Of a stretch of DNA of 64,000 nt, positions 13,359 through 26,866 are shown one piece after another; the first letter of the stretch is position 1; each line of letters starts with the position of its first letter. The stretch lies in the NCBI GenBank assembly GCA_001949185.1, contig BDGG01000010.1, positions 1,621,773 to 1,685,772 on the forward strand, read 5' to 3'. The position numbers and the translations under genes are program-made. A model generated the notes under the pieces. That model had not been told where the DNA came from. It worked only from the letters and a program-made list of their open reading frames with translations, and did no database searches. Origin of the DNA: Ramazzottius varieornatus. Taxonomy: Eukaryota; Animalia; Tardigrada.

Positions 13359-16300
13359 ATGGCGACCACTGATCCGAATTTTCAGGCGTACGTCGACTCG
13401 GAGAAAGGTGAGATCGGCGATAGCTCCGACGATGAAGAGGTGGAGAACCCTTCGGAGATTCAGCCGCGGTTCTTCCGCACGCCATCGGTCGATCTCGTTC
13501 CCAGCGCGGCACGGGTAGCTGCAGCCCGACGACGAAGTTCAGCCCGAGCGGAAAGTCTACGGAGAGAGAAGTCTACTGGAGCGGCTTCGCCCGAATCAGT
13601 CAAGCTACGCTCACCGTCAATCCACGAAGCTCGCGAAGAACGCGGTAATCGGTCTGAGCAGTATGTCGGGGACACTACAATCAAAACAGCCTATGAACCG
13701 CTGGAACCCGATGACCAGGAAGTCATCCGATTCGGCGGCCCATATACTCTGAAGGATCTCAAGAATGAGCTCAGTGGTCTGTGCACACTACAGACTCTAC
13801 AACGAAAACTGCCAATCACGCGCTGGTTGCCGAAATACTCTAGGGAAGACTTCAAGGGAGATTTGGTGGCTGGATTGACAGGTAAGATTCCAGCCGTCGA
13901 TCATCAAACCTGAAGGGACGTCTGTGATGCATGAAAAAGTATGTTTGATGCAGTTGGACTAACCGTGGTTCCCCAGTGTCTGGCCTATGCGCAAATTGCC
14001 GATATCAAATTAGAGGTGGGTTCCACAACTTCAGCCTGATAAGTACATCCCAATTATAGCTTGTAATTGACCGGAAGTAACCAGTGCAAATCTTCACGTT
14101 TTTGTCTTGCGTCATGCTTTGCCCTTGACTTCCGGGTTTCTTTACAGCTAAGTACACGCACGATAAGAAATTATGGGCCAAGCGGAATAGACGGCAAAAT
14201 GGAGATTCAAACGCAAAAAAGTGTCGAAAAGTATACTACTGTGAAGCAATCGCGTACGTACGTGCTTCCGCACAGCGGTAGCGAAAAGGCATGGTACATA
14301 GTTTTTACTGGCCCATGATTTCTCGTCGTGCGTGTACCCGAAATTCTGGAAAATAAAGTGAGACATCGGCGACTGATTCCACCCAAATCGTCATCTGAGG
14401 TGGCGCATGTTCTGATTGCTGTGAGCTGACAGCGTGCGCCACTAGAGAAAACGATGTGCGTGACTTCACTTGCCCACGACCGGATATGTGGGATATTCCG
14501 GGCAAGATATTTATTCCGTTAGTTCGATGGGGTGCATCAGCGTTCTTGATCAAGTGAATTTTCTTCCAGTTTGGACTGAATTCGGCCTATATGGGATGCT
14601 TCTGCTACGCATTATTCGGGACGAGCAAGGACGTGACTGTGGGGTAAGTGACGATGGAACCTCTTCATGCTGTCTATTTCTGATGCCACTTTGAGTTGGA
14701 AATTGTATCCCCTGTGGAAATGGCTATTTATTTGTCTTTTTAGACCAACTGCGATCTTGTCCTTATTAACTGGAGCGTTCATCCATCGCGAACACGGCCT
14801 GGAGGGCAAGTCGGCGATCCTCCTATGCTTCCTTGTCGGATGTTTCCAGCTTATGATGGGCTTCCTTCGACTAGGTAATTTCCTGCCTTCTTCACTTTTT
14901 GTCCTCCTGTTGAAAAACCTTTTTTTAAGATGGCATACATACGACCTGAGCGCTCGTTGAGGAAGAAGCGAAAAATCAATATCAGAAATATGTCAAATGC
15001 ATGCATGCATGCATAGAAGAAAACGAAATATTGGTCGGGCAGCGTCAATAATCGATCACGGTCCAGGAAGACGGAATTGACAATCACTCTGCTTCTCTTT
15101 CCCTTGCAGGCTTTCTTATGTGAGTCGAGATGAAATCTTGGACGCTGACTTTTCTCCGTTGACGGTTTGTTGTCTTTTGCCGTTGGTAGCTTTTTGATGG
15201 AATTCTCGTAGGAATTTTATATCGACACCGGTGGTCAGTGGCTTCACCCAAGCTGCCGTCATTGTTATCATCCTTAGCCAGATAAAAAACATGATGGGCG
15301 TCAGCTTCGGATCGGCCAAAGATAACGTTATGGAGACCTTGGCCGGATATTGGAACAAACTTCCGGCGACCAAGTAAGACGATAACCCCAATGAAACCAA
15401 AATTCTGACTGTGATGTCGAAAAATAGATCAAGAAAATTACAGTAAGATCCAGAGTTGGCGTTCCACTCAGTGAAGTAGTAATCGAAAATCGAATCGCAC
15501 TGAACGTCTGTCAGTTAACTTACATTGATGTGGTTCTTGACGGAAGATTTGTTTCTTATGCCGGCTTCTTTTGTGTTGCAGTGGCTGGGACGTCCTGGTG
15601 GGCTGCGTGTGTATCACTCTGCTTCTCCTGATGCGAGAGCTGCGAGTGCCGGCTTGGAAAGCGTCAAATGGCCGAACCCACCCTCCAAAATGGTGGGACG
15701 CTGCAAAGGAGTTTGTTAGGCTGGTGAATGTCTGTACGTCATCCGTTTCCATTACTCTGAAAGTTGTCATTAACGTAACTCTTTTACACTGAATCAATCG
15801 ATCGTAATGTGTTTTGCTTCTTTTGGTAGCTCGTTACGCCATCGTCGTCGTGGTGGCCACCGTATTTGAATTTGTAATGGAGTACTGCGGGCAGCGTTAC
15901 TTGTCGGTGACGGGAAAGGTCGACGCTAAAATCTCGGCGCCTGAGGTGCCTGATTTCCATTTGGGTGGATGGTATCAGTTCGGCGAGATTCTGACGCATT
16001 TCGGCTCCAGCCTGGTGCTGGTGCCGCTGTTGGCCACCATGGAATCGATGGCGGTCGCCAAGACCTTTGCTCACAAATTCCGATACAATATCGATGTCAC
16101 ACAAGAGTTCATCGCGTTGGGCGCAGCCAATGTGGTGTCTTCGTTCTTCGGCTCGTATCCGGTTACGGGGGCCTTTACCCGGTCAGCTCTGCAGGCGGAA
16201 AGTGGCGCTCGAACCTCTATGGCATGCATTGTCACAGGTACACCATGAATCTACGCTATCCCGTCTGCCACACTGGACAACACAAACAAACAAAATACTG

Positions 16301-17261
16301 TCGAAACTGTAATATGGGGGCTCGGTAAACAGACTCGATCAAACTGTTTTTCAAAGTGGCGCACGTTTCCTGTGATATTGGCTAGGACCGTGCGCCACAT
16401 GGATAAACGATCTCGCCAAGTTTGGTTGTTCTCCAAAGTGGCGCGCGTCTTTAATGTTATTAGCTCGCAGGGTAGGCCATTTTGAAAATAATTTTCTCCA
16501 GGTTTTATAACTATGTAATAATTCTGGATTCGTCATCTGTAGGGACCTTCGTCATAATTGCCATCATGTCTCTCTCATCAGTCTTCCAGTACATCCCCAA
16601 AGCCGCCTTGGCTGCGGTGATCATCTGTGCCTGCCTGACCATGTTTGATTTCCAAATCTTCCGCGAACTATGGCTCATACGAAAATCTGAGTTCTTCGTG
16701 TTGGTCTTGACCATGTCAATGTGTCTGTTCCTCCGGGTCGAGTACGGTTTGTTGATCGGTCTAGCAGTATCCCTCGCCATGATCATCTACCCCATGGCAC
16801 GACCCGTCGTCATAGTCCGTCAACGACGCCGGGAACTGATCCCTTCGACACCGAGACTGAACCAATACACCATCCATGTAACTCCACAAAGCTCTCTCTT
16901 CTTTCCGGCATCGGAGAACCTGAAAGAGATCTTCAACGACCAACTCTTCACTATCCCTGTCAACGCATACTCTAGTCCACGTGAATCAATGGTGGGTAAC
17001 GGGGCGATGGCGTTACCGGGTAAAGAGATGGCCAAAGCAAGCAATGCGGAAATGCGAGAAGCACTTCCGCCCATAGTATTCGATGGGCTGCATCTCACTA
17101 GTTCAGATTACTCGACGCTACGAGCTCTCCGCAGTGTTTACGTGAACTGTAAGGTGGCGCACAGAGACATAGAATTCATAAATACCTCGGATGAGATACT
17201 CGATCTCATCATGCCGTTTCGCGAAAAGAAGCAGAGGAATACAGGAAATAACAGTTTGTAG
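13359..17261 (+). CDS. SLC26/SulP anion transporter, SLC26A11-like, with C-terminal STAS domain; multi-exon
   Basis: LPITRWLPKYSREDFKGDLVAGLT|VGLTVVPQCLAYA, GTSKDVTVGPTAILSL, QEFIALGAANVVSSFFGSYPVTGAFTRSA, YIPKAALAAVII, and STAS-like motifs (LFFPASE, IVFDGLHLTSSDYS). Confidence 0.95.
14387..14455. repeat. Dispersed palindrome family copy, SLC26 intron
   Basis: atcgtcatctgaggtggcgcatg..agctgacagcgtgcgccactagagaaaacgat. Confidence 0.75.
15110..15119 (+). other. 10-nt micro-exon of the SLC26 gene
   Basis: ttgcag|GCTTTCTTAT|gtgagt. Inclusion restores the frame and gives LRLG-FLM-NFISTPVVSGFT. Confidence 0.85.
16345..16490. repeat. Two tandem copies of the dispersed palindrome family, SLC26 intron
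   Basis: caaagtggcgcacg..cgtgcgccacatggataaacgatct followed by ccaaagtggcgcgcg..gtaggccattttgaaaa. Confidence 0.75.
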
Positions 17262-17834
17262 TCGTGAACATCCCGTTGGACGAAAAATCCAAAACCGAAG
17301 AGCAATAGTGTTTATAAAGATAATATTCTCCATATATTATAGTATAATATTTTCCTCGTATGGTTCTAAGGTTTTCTGTGGACTGCTTATGGCTCAAAGG
17401 ATCTGTTCTGGTTACATGTATTGCTGTTACTCCTCACCGTAGTTTGACCGAAACCCGATCTTCCAATAACAAACGACGCTTTTCCCGAGTGATCTTTGAT
17501 CTCCCTGTTATTCTTCTGCTATGCTTGCATCACTCTGTAAAATATCCAGAACGTCAACCGTTCCTTCCTCTTTTGTCGTACATTACATTGCTGATTTATG
17601 GGACTAGTTGATGAGCAAAGAAGAGATTTCCGGAGAACTTCCGTGTCCGATTTTACCTCACCGAAAGTTTCGTTAAACATTGACGTATGAATCAAATTAG
17701 TGGAAGAAGAAAGGTATGAAATACTTATACTATGATTTGGTAGGTTCAACCACGACCTTTCAAACCGATGTTGCTATCACAGATTTTTGAGTTTAAAGGC
17801 ATTGCGTCAACTGCAACCTCCGGTCACTATACTG

Positions 17835-20800
17835 TTACGAAAATCTTCTTTGGTCTCTGCATATTGTAATCAAAATAAGAAAGGAGAATACGAGCGAACA
17901 GTGCCACGTTTGGCTGGAGAGCCTGATGGCGGAAGATTTCCCTCTCCTAGCCAATAGGCTCTTCGTGTGCTCCGATGTCAAAGCTTGCTGATCCATCTGT
18001 GGGTCGTAGGCGCCGTCGCCATCTGCTGGACAAAGCACAAGCACTTAATATCGCCCTTTTCTTCCGGAAACGACTGCATCTTACCCGTCTGCGGAACACT
18101 TCCGCGTTTCGGTACATCCACCTCTTCAAAGCAGAGCGAAAATACATGATACAAAATTCAGAGAGACGTACGCTGATCGACAGTATTTTACCGTATAATT
18201 TGGCCGTGCCCTCCACCGTGGCAAGGTAGTTGTTCGCTGTAAGTGCAAAACGATAATCACTATGGCGTACTCGACAAGGTCTTTAAGGCACAGTTCCAGC
18301 TTCAAGACGTACCTGTGCACGTGTATTCTCCATAATCTTTCTCGTCGACCGCTTTGATTGTTAGGAACATCCTTGTGCGGTACCCCGAGTGTCCAATGGC
18401 TTCTGTCTTGACTTCATACTTTGCATTGTTGGTTAGCGGGTTGCCTTCGTGGTACCAGAAGAATATGGCTTGAGGGAAGGCTTCTACCTCGCACTACAAC
18501 ATCGATGATCTTAAGAGGTGTATGGAGGTCGAGAATGGAGCAAGTCACTCGAGGTAGCTTTTGTGGTACCTTCAAATGGGCAGCACTTCCAATCCATGCT
18601 GCAACGTACTTGGGTTCGACCCAGACAATGGGCGCAACTGTCACATTAAACGACAAGGTTATTTCGAGACACAAGGACGATCGGTTACAAATGGGTGCTT
18701 ACATTCGACTTTGACAACGACTTTTTGTGAGACTGCTGGCGGCACGCCATTACTGACCAAACAAACGTACGTGGCCATATCTGCAATAGACAAGAGAAAG
18801 AAAGAGTCTTCAGTTGGAGGAGACTTGACAATCTGGGTGACAACTTCCGGTTTGTCAGAGCCCCCAGTCTTAGCTTTTTAGCATGAATATCTCACCTGCT
18901 CTAGAAACCCGAGTCATGTGCAGTGTAGATCCCTTGTAACTGTACACTAGATAAAGACAGAAAGGAGGTTTGAAATGTGAACTGATAAGTAGCAGTTACT
19001 ATTCAATTACGACTCTCTGGAACTGGTGAAATTAGGGAGGACGAACTACACTATGAGAGCAACGGTAACGGAAAGAACAGTGACCGAGATTGAGAAGCCT
19101 GAGTATATTCTTCAACAAAATGTTAACGCACCACCTGGTCGAATCCATTGACTTGTTTGAAGGAAGGGATCGTTCCAGATCGTTTTAGGCGGTCGGAGCC
19201 GGGAAAATGAACTGAGCCAGGTCATTTTTTCAAGTGGCGTACGTTTTCCCCGTTGTTAGCTGAAAGTGTGCGCCACTTGCGAAGACGATCTGGCTTAGTT
19301 CATTTGCTCAGCTCCCAGTTAACGAAAATTTTCGACAGTTTGTATGCGCAGCTGTGAGAAACTCAGGAATGAAGGCGTACTTTTTTCTTGGCCTTTTGGT
19401 CTAAGTAGCCCGTTGTCTTCCCGGGTCCATGTGATGGTTGGTGGAGGTAATCCGGTGGCTTTACATTTCAACGTGACGTCTTCTCCCTCCTCGACCATGA
19501 CGTAATCTGTCGTTTCCCCGGCTATAATGACAGGAGGCACTGCAAAGAAAACAATGGAGACAATGAAGGGAAGGGGGCGGAAGTTATATTCAATCATTGA
19601 AAAGTGTTCCCAGCAGTGCACTTAGTTACTAAAACATTGCCTGCTTCCCGTCACACAACTTCCCGTCCACACACACAAGGACCAAATGGAATAAAGAATA
19701 AACATTCACTTTTTCTTCATTTGTTGTTACATAACATTACTTTGGCGGGACATTCTTCCCTGTGTGTAAGACGGGCCGTACGGTGCAATGGAGAAGCATT
19801 GATGGTCTCACGAAGGAACGAGGAGCTTACATTGCACAACCAAGGCCGCTTTCATCTGCATGAAAGGCTTGGTATTTATCCGACAGCAGTATACCCCAGC
19901 ATCTTCCGCTTCGACATTGCGGATACGAAGGGTGAATTCTAGGCGATCGGCAGACTGGTGGACAGTGATACGGGGATTATGCTGCACAATTTGCCGCTCG
20001 ATGGCCAAGATTGTTTGCGTATCCAGCTTAATCCACACCAACTGCATCAAGATGCAAATCGCTTTAAGACAGAGCCATAACGCACCATATAGAGGCATAA
20101 TGACGCTTTCATCAAATAAACACTCCATCAAGAGCCAAGAACTAGCAGAGACCCACGAACCACTTTGTTCGTCTTACGGAAGAGTACCAACCTGCAACTG
20201 TAGTCCCTTGCTGCTCAAACGGTTGACCTTGCATGTGAACTCGGCATCTTGTCCCAAAGGAACACTTTGATTCTTTATCGCGTTAACAAACTCCACGTCC
20301 TTGGACTTTTCGAAAAATCGGTGCTTGGAATGTTGCTTCTTCCCTGCAATGAAAGACCGTCATCAGTTTCTCAACAATCAGAACCACAAAACCAACCGGG
20401 AAAAAATTCCGACCACAGTTTTGTTGTCTTGGTATGCTTGTGAGACTTTATACTGGTCGACTGAAATTAAAATTCTAGGGGAGAAATGGCTTCGTTGACA
20501 TATATTTCAATGTTAAGATGGTGAATAACTACTTACCCAAGTGGCGCACATCTTGATGTTACTGGCTGAAGGCGTGCGTCACTTGAGAGAAGAAATAATC
20601 ACATGAATATTCGTTTTATATTTTCCGGTGGGTAGTTTGTTGGAGAGCTAATTTGGTGAGTTGGGACTTTCGAGTGCAATCACTGTTTTATTTTTGTGTG
20701 GATTTATCGGAGCAATAAAAATCGTAAGCACTGCCGGGACAGAGCGGGAGCCGGGGCAAGTTCGATCTTTATCTCCTTGATTACCCATTGCACACAATCG

Positions 20801-21704
20801 ATTTGCGCGATCAAAAGCCACGTTGATCGAAGCGATGGTCAAGAGATCAAGAAATTTGTTTTACTCTAATAACAAATTAGCATTCATTTCTTTGCAGTTT
20901 CTCAAATTGCTCCAAATTGACTGCGTGCTCACTGTTCAGTCAGCAACGAGGGCGCGTTCAGGCATCAAGACACAGGGAACCAACCAAGGGAAAGTCCGCG
21001 CCAACGACGGGCTACATCCATCCAGGAAGGAAAACTCATCTTACGCTCAATGTAGACGCCAGCAAAGGCCATCCCGACTAGCTAACCTGCATCTCCTTCG
21101 CTTACGTTCCTTTTCTGATTGCTCGGGTCTTGCTTGTATGCGATGGCTCAACCATCTAAATAAAATCGCTCGCAACTTCCGGTGCCAACGAACGATTTGA
21201 AGCGCTCGCCTTTCACTCTACATTCAATCGGTTTTGGAAATATGCATATCGGAGGAAATTTCTGAAGACGCCCAGAAAAAAAAGGACAGGGTTCACCTGA
21301 GGCTGTCAGGTACTTTCTCACACGAACGAACCACGTCATACACCCGACACCAGTCGTGATCCAACCCGGAAGTTGTCAACAAACTTCACATCGAAAAGAA
21401 AAGCTGAATGTGAGTAATATTTCCCTGAAAAGTAAAAGGCTGAGACGTCTTTCTCGTTTAACAGTTTTCTCGGAAGGGTTGTAAAAATAGTACTGAAAAT
21501 ATTTTGAATATTTTGGAGTGTATATTCTGCAGCGGCATGGTGGGATGACTAGTCTAATATGTTTTGGAAATGATATAGACACTGACAACTGTATACCGAC
21601 TGATTCATAATCGTACCTTGAGCGGCTCCTCGCGTCGTTTCATTGTGGGAAAGTAGAGCAAGAGTCAGAGCAGCAAAAACCACGCTACAGCAAAGTGGTT
21701 GCAT
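17835..21704 (-). CDS. Three-Ig-domain cell-surface protein, DIP/Lachesin (IgLON-like) family, paralog A; probable GPI anchor
   Basis: Signal-peptide exon MQPLCCSVVFAALTLALLS. Ig1: QDAEFTCKV, LVWIKLDTQTILAI, DAGVYCCRINTKP. Ig2: VPPVII..EGEDVTLKCKATGLPPPTITWTRED, YVCLVSNGVPPAVSQKV. Ig3: CEVEAFPQ..DYGEYTC. Hydrophobic C-terminus. Confidence 0.9.
19195..19315. repeat. Longest copy of the dispersed palindrome family, Ig paralog A intron
   Basis: aaatgaactgagccag..caagtggcgtacg-loop-gtgcgccacttg..ctggcttagttcattt, arms ~50 bp. Confidence 0.85.
20536..20590. repeat. Dispersed palindrome family copy, Ig paralog A intron 1
   Basis: caagtggcgcaca..ggctgaaggcgtgcgtcacttg. Confidence 0.75.
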
Positions 21705-23435
21705 AGTGGGGGAAGGCAGTGGGTTATAACGGGATGGTACAGGATGTGATCATATATATGAAAATGTCAAGAGTGTTGTTCTCTAATCAAGTGGTACTCC
21801 GCTGTGCGGCCTGCACGGGTCTATAACCACGTCCGACAGTCGTTGCAAAAGAAGAGATGAGCGATGAGGTGTACGGTCAAGTATGTAGGATTGAGATGGA
21901 GATATGGGAACGAGAAGGAAAAAATTGAGGGTATGACGGTAAGCGTTCCGGAAGAGCGGCTGATGTGCGATTAAACGATGCCCATGCGGCGTCCTTTTTG
22001 TCAAGCCCAACACACATAAAACCAATCCTTGATTCTTTCCCTCCAAGAACCAACCGATCCCAGCCAGCGATGATCGAGTCACAACATGGCGGCCACCAAA
22101 TGAGTAAATAGCACACACAAAATTCAGTCCGGGAACTATTAGAAAACTGGGAAGGAAGTCATTAGGCGCGCAGTGGCGGATATATTTAAGCGAGGAGGAA
22201 ACCAAAGGAAGAATGACAACGCTCTCAATTCAGGTCTATTAAACGTCGGCGCAGTGTAGCAAAATCTGCCCAGAGCAATTTCCCAGCAGCAAGAGCAAAT
22301 GGACTGTATGGACTTTGAAAAGCCGGATTGATTTCAGGACAATTATTCATGGCACCAGTCAGAGCCAGCAATGGGAGGAAAGTGTAAGTAGCCTTGCACG
22401 ACATGCAAAGACGTCGCTAGAAGCAAGAAATCAAAAGGGTGGTAGTTTCATGGGGGGACATCAGGAGCAAGAGGTCCTCTTTACGACGTTTCAACTAGAA
22501 GATTCGTCAAAAGGACGCTGCTTGCCACCATCATCCTGTAAACTAACTGCCTCTTGGCTATACATACAAGCAGAGCAGCATATACAGAAGCAGCACTTGT
22601 GTCAGACGATATGTGTGTCAGTATTTAATAATGGTGATTCTCAGCTGAGGCCATACAATCACAAAGCGGCAATTATTCCCAGGTTCTTTCTCTGCAGTAC
22701 GGCAAGAGCCACCGTCACGCCTCTTCCGGTGCACCCGCCTTTCGTGTTTTGTTATCGGCGGTCTTCCTCTAGAAAAACACACCATCGCTGTCCGCTTTCA
22801 TTCCCCTTCCCTCCTTCCTCTTTACCCGTGGTAGATCAGAGATCGCTCGCTGTGTGTGATGTCCTGATATACGCAGCGCACTTCGACAAAAAGAGAGAGA
22901 CGAAAAAAGGGAAAAGTTTGAGGCGCTTGTCAGTTGAATGGCGCTGTGGGAATACTCACTACTTCATCACTTGTCCAAAATGCCCATACTTGCTGCAATC
23001 TTGCCCACTAACCAACCCATTAACAACATCTTTTAGGAAAACAGAATAAATTATTCGCTGAATAATTTGGGTGTAAATCAAAATGACCCCGAATACCAAC
23101 GGCCAGCAATCTGACGAAAGCTTCCAGTCCATTTTCAATCACATATGATATTTTTAAATCTACTCAGGAAAGACTGGGATTACTAAATATTCCAGCTCAC
23201 GTCCAATCGCGATGCAACGCTCGCGCAATAATTGATGCTCGCTGGTAGTTGGCTCATGGATCACAAAAGTCTCAGGGGACAACGCCCATGGATTACCCCA
23301 AGCGAGCTGCGATAACCCCATTCTGCACAAAACAATCGCCAATTCGAAAAGTTGAGTAATTTCTCGTAAAAAATCAAACGCCGAAACTTTTGTATGTTTT
23401 TGTGTAAAGTACATGTGGAACCTGAGTAAAGGATT

Positions 23436-23530
23436 CGAACCAGATCGTTTCCCAAGCGGCGCACGCCTCTCGCTGTACACAACAAAGACCTGCGCCACTT
23501 CAGAAAACGATCTGTTTCGGTTCATTTGCC
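23436..23530. repeat. Dispersed palindrome family copy, upstream of Ig paralog A
   Basis: cagatcgtttcccaagcggcgcacg..tgcgccacttcagaaaacgatctg..gttcatttg. Confidence 0.8.
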
Positions 23531-25334
23531 CCATGTAGTTTGCTGGTGCCGAAATTATCGGTCTATCCCGTAAGAAAAAAACCCGGTGCACTGCTATTAA
23601 GGTCGGATGAAAAAATCAGCGCAGAATTCCTCACTGGATCAGGCGGAAAGTAAGATCAACGGACTCACTGTTGTTAGTTTGATTGGGAATATGCTTGACG
23701 ATGTTTTAATTTCTATAGAAATCAAGAGTGAAAAATTAGCTTTTTGTCATTCTGCAAAACACGCGCGATCTGTCTTTCTCCGCATCAGTAGAAGGTCCAC
23801 ATATGTCAGCTAGCTGCTGTGAAACCCATTCCTCGTGGAAGGAAGCACATCTCAAAGCAAAGCGTGCACGTCAAGCCTGTCAAAATACTAACCGCGTTGG
23901 AGCAAGACGCCAACTTTACGATGCTTCTACACCCATACAATACACGTCTGCTTCCCCTCATGCTGTTCCTTATTCCTCCACAAAGTCCGCGGTCAAATAA
24001 TCTGCACTCCTTCCAGTCTAGCGATATCGCATCGTAAGCTTAGAAAATAAAAACAATTTGGCTTAATCTAAACTTGGCTCGTTCAAGAAGAGAGTTTAGT
24101 AGGTCGAGCATTGAATGGATCCCTCCTCAAGTCCCGGACGAAACCCACAAATCAAACAAAAAATCGCCCTTCTATTCTTCTCCCACAAATCAGCCAAAAA
24201 TTTTAGCCTGAAACCATTACATAACTAGAAATTTAAGGAGGTCACTCACAGAAAAAGCTTTGGAAAAATGAAAGATTGTCGTTAGACAAACTCAACCTAG
24301 TGGAAACTGGATCCACAAAAATTAATGGGACTTTTTGTATGCAGCTGTCCAACTTAGGATTGAGATGAAAAATGACCGGCTATGCTTCTGTCTTCAATGA
24401 AGAGATGAACGTTTGGTAGATTCTGTGAGGGAAGAAAACTTTCATGTCGATACAAAGGGCCAACTGGGTTCTTGACTAACAACAGAAAGCTCTCGTGGAT
24501 CGATCGAGTATGGGATCAATTACGCCAACCATTAAGAACAATTGTTGGCGGCGCCACTGTTGGGCCTCGGCACTATTAACTGGAGTCCCTCTTGAAAGCC
24601 GATCGTCATGTCAAGATTGAGCACTCGTCACGCCGAACAATTTAGCCCATCTAAGCACTACTCCCTCCTCGTTTCCTCCCATCACACCAACGATTGCTCT
24701 CGTTAAGCAACTGCGACTGATCTCATTTGTTCCATCGAGCACTGACAAAACTCACTGGAGAACCTAGCTCCCGTAACCAAAACAGACCGGAAGAATTCAA
24801 CTGTACCATTCCCCTCATAAAAGCAAGGCATTTGGGTTCTCTGAGAGTTTTCCGCGCAGTATGGACCTTCTTTACGCGGGCTTCGTGTTCGAGTGTAGGA
24901 AATAATATCGGTGCGTGACTTACGAAAATGATTTCACGGTTCTTCATTCGGTCACTCTCGATATTCAAATACAGGATGTAAACAAATATCACTACCTCTT
25001 TTTGGCCATTTACTGTACATACGAGCACGATTGTTGACTAATGCACTTCCGAGTTACGTCAAGGTGTTTTGCCTCCCAGAACCACTATTGGGTTTTTGAC
25101 CATATATCAAACACAAAACTAGCACAGGAGTAAAATACCACAATATGTTTAGAGAATTCTGCTCATCAGCACAATGAGTTAGAGGCTACATGAGCTAGAT
25201 AGCTGGTGCAGATGGCACCACCGTGTGAAAGATGTCGTCCCCTAGAAAGCTCAAGCGCGCGAGATTACAATATGGCCACCGAGACAAGAAACACGCAAAG
25301 ACTGCAGCTGCAAAAAAACGTAAAAGTGGAATAG

Positions 25335-26866
25335 CTAGAGTAGTTTCTTTCGTTCACTTGTCATGGAAAACTCGACTTGAGATGAATCACCAGCGGCTAA
25401 AAGCTGCTGCTTCCGGCCCACAGCCTCCACAGCCTCACCACCCATCACATTCTTCCAGGCAAGGCTAGTTAACGGAAACTTTTCTCCATTCTTCAGGATA
25501 CCGGCATAATCGTCATGGTTTAGACTGAATATCATGGCGCCACCGTAGCCATTCCTCCTGACCCACTGTGTCTTGACATCCATACTTTCCTCGTCTTCAT
25601 AGGATATCCACTGGCGCCTGTGGTAGGCGTACGGTACCCCAGCTTGCTTGTCGAAGACTCGCGTTCCTCCTTGCGCCAAGAATTCCTGGACTTGGACATA
25701 CGTCAGCGAACAGTTCTCCTTCGTACATGGCGCGTGATAGTACGGGAAGCAGGGGAAGAGAAGCTGCCAGCTTCGCGCGTACGTTGGAATGCCCACCACA
25801 ATCTGCAACAGGGAACCAAACACAAACTCGTCATCATCAGGGACAGCGCCAGTTAATAGTAGTCAAAAGTTCAGCGCATCTATGTTCCACAGAAAAATGC
25901 GAGGTGTGTTAACCTTACCTTTTCTTTGGGCATTCCGCGCCTCTCCCAGTATTCGCAAGACCACTGGGTGTTCATGGTAGCGAAGAAGCCATGTTGCTCG
26001 CGTCGCCGGAACATGGGAGCGTTGTGGCCAGCCCAGATGTCGTACGGCTTAAACAGGTGGTAGTCGTAGCACATCAAGTTCAGGAAGTCAATGCATGGTG
26101 CAATGGCTGGAATGTCGTAGGCTGGATCAATTATCAACCTGAAACAGGAAGAAACACAGTTCTTTAATGCTGCGGAGTCGATCAGATAATTTTTTCGATC
26201 AATTTGCCCTTTTTCTACGCCCTTGACAGGCCCTTGACAGGACCGTGCAGGGCGCCAACCTGTTCGGGATTCGGGTAGAAAAAAGGCAGAATTCATAACG
26301 TACTGTTACATTGGCCGATGACGTCAATTGTCACAACATGCATTCTATGACAAGACATGACGTCATTGCGCGAGTTCGAAAAGAGACACTTACTTGGTGG
26401 CTGCACCTGCCATCGTCAGCAAGTATCTCGGGGAATGTCTATCAAACGCTTCGCGGAGCTCTCGGAGTAAGTCTACATAATGCTTTTTGTCTTCGGAATG
26501 TCCTGAGTTCCACGCGGGAAACTCCCAGTCGATATCCATACCGTCCAGACCACATTCCTCCAAGAGAGCGACGACGGAAGTGATGCAGACTCGACGCAGC
26601 TCTGGACTTCGCGCGACGGGAGACATGGTGGTGGAGCCCAAGCAGAACATGACTTTGAGATGGGGAAACTTGTGCTTCAAAGCCACGCACCGTTTCAGAC
26701 CTTCAGGTAGCCAAGGGGGGCACATGATCTGGCCAGTTGATGAGCATACGTCGGCGAGGAAGACGATCAGGTGCGTCAAGATGCTGCCGTTGATATCTTC
26801 GGGCCGTAACGCTTCCGTATCAGGATTGTACGTGTAGTAAGCTGACAAGATCTTGCCTTCCTCCAT
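25335..26866 (-). CDS. Glycoside hydrolase family 18 (chitinase-like) protein; 3 recognisable coding exons
   Basis: Intact catalytic motif GLDGMDIDWEFP, plus THLIVF, DFLNLMCYDY, GHNAP, KIVVGIPTYARS, WISYEDEES, GYGGAMIFSLNHDD. An upstream exon is possible (acceptor near 26911). Confidence 0.92.

Noticed and set aside
22315-23049. 244-aa plus-strand ORF
   Set aside because: TTG start, no motifs, antisense to the upstream region of Ig paralog A. Likely chance.
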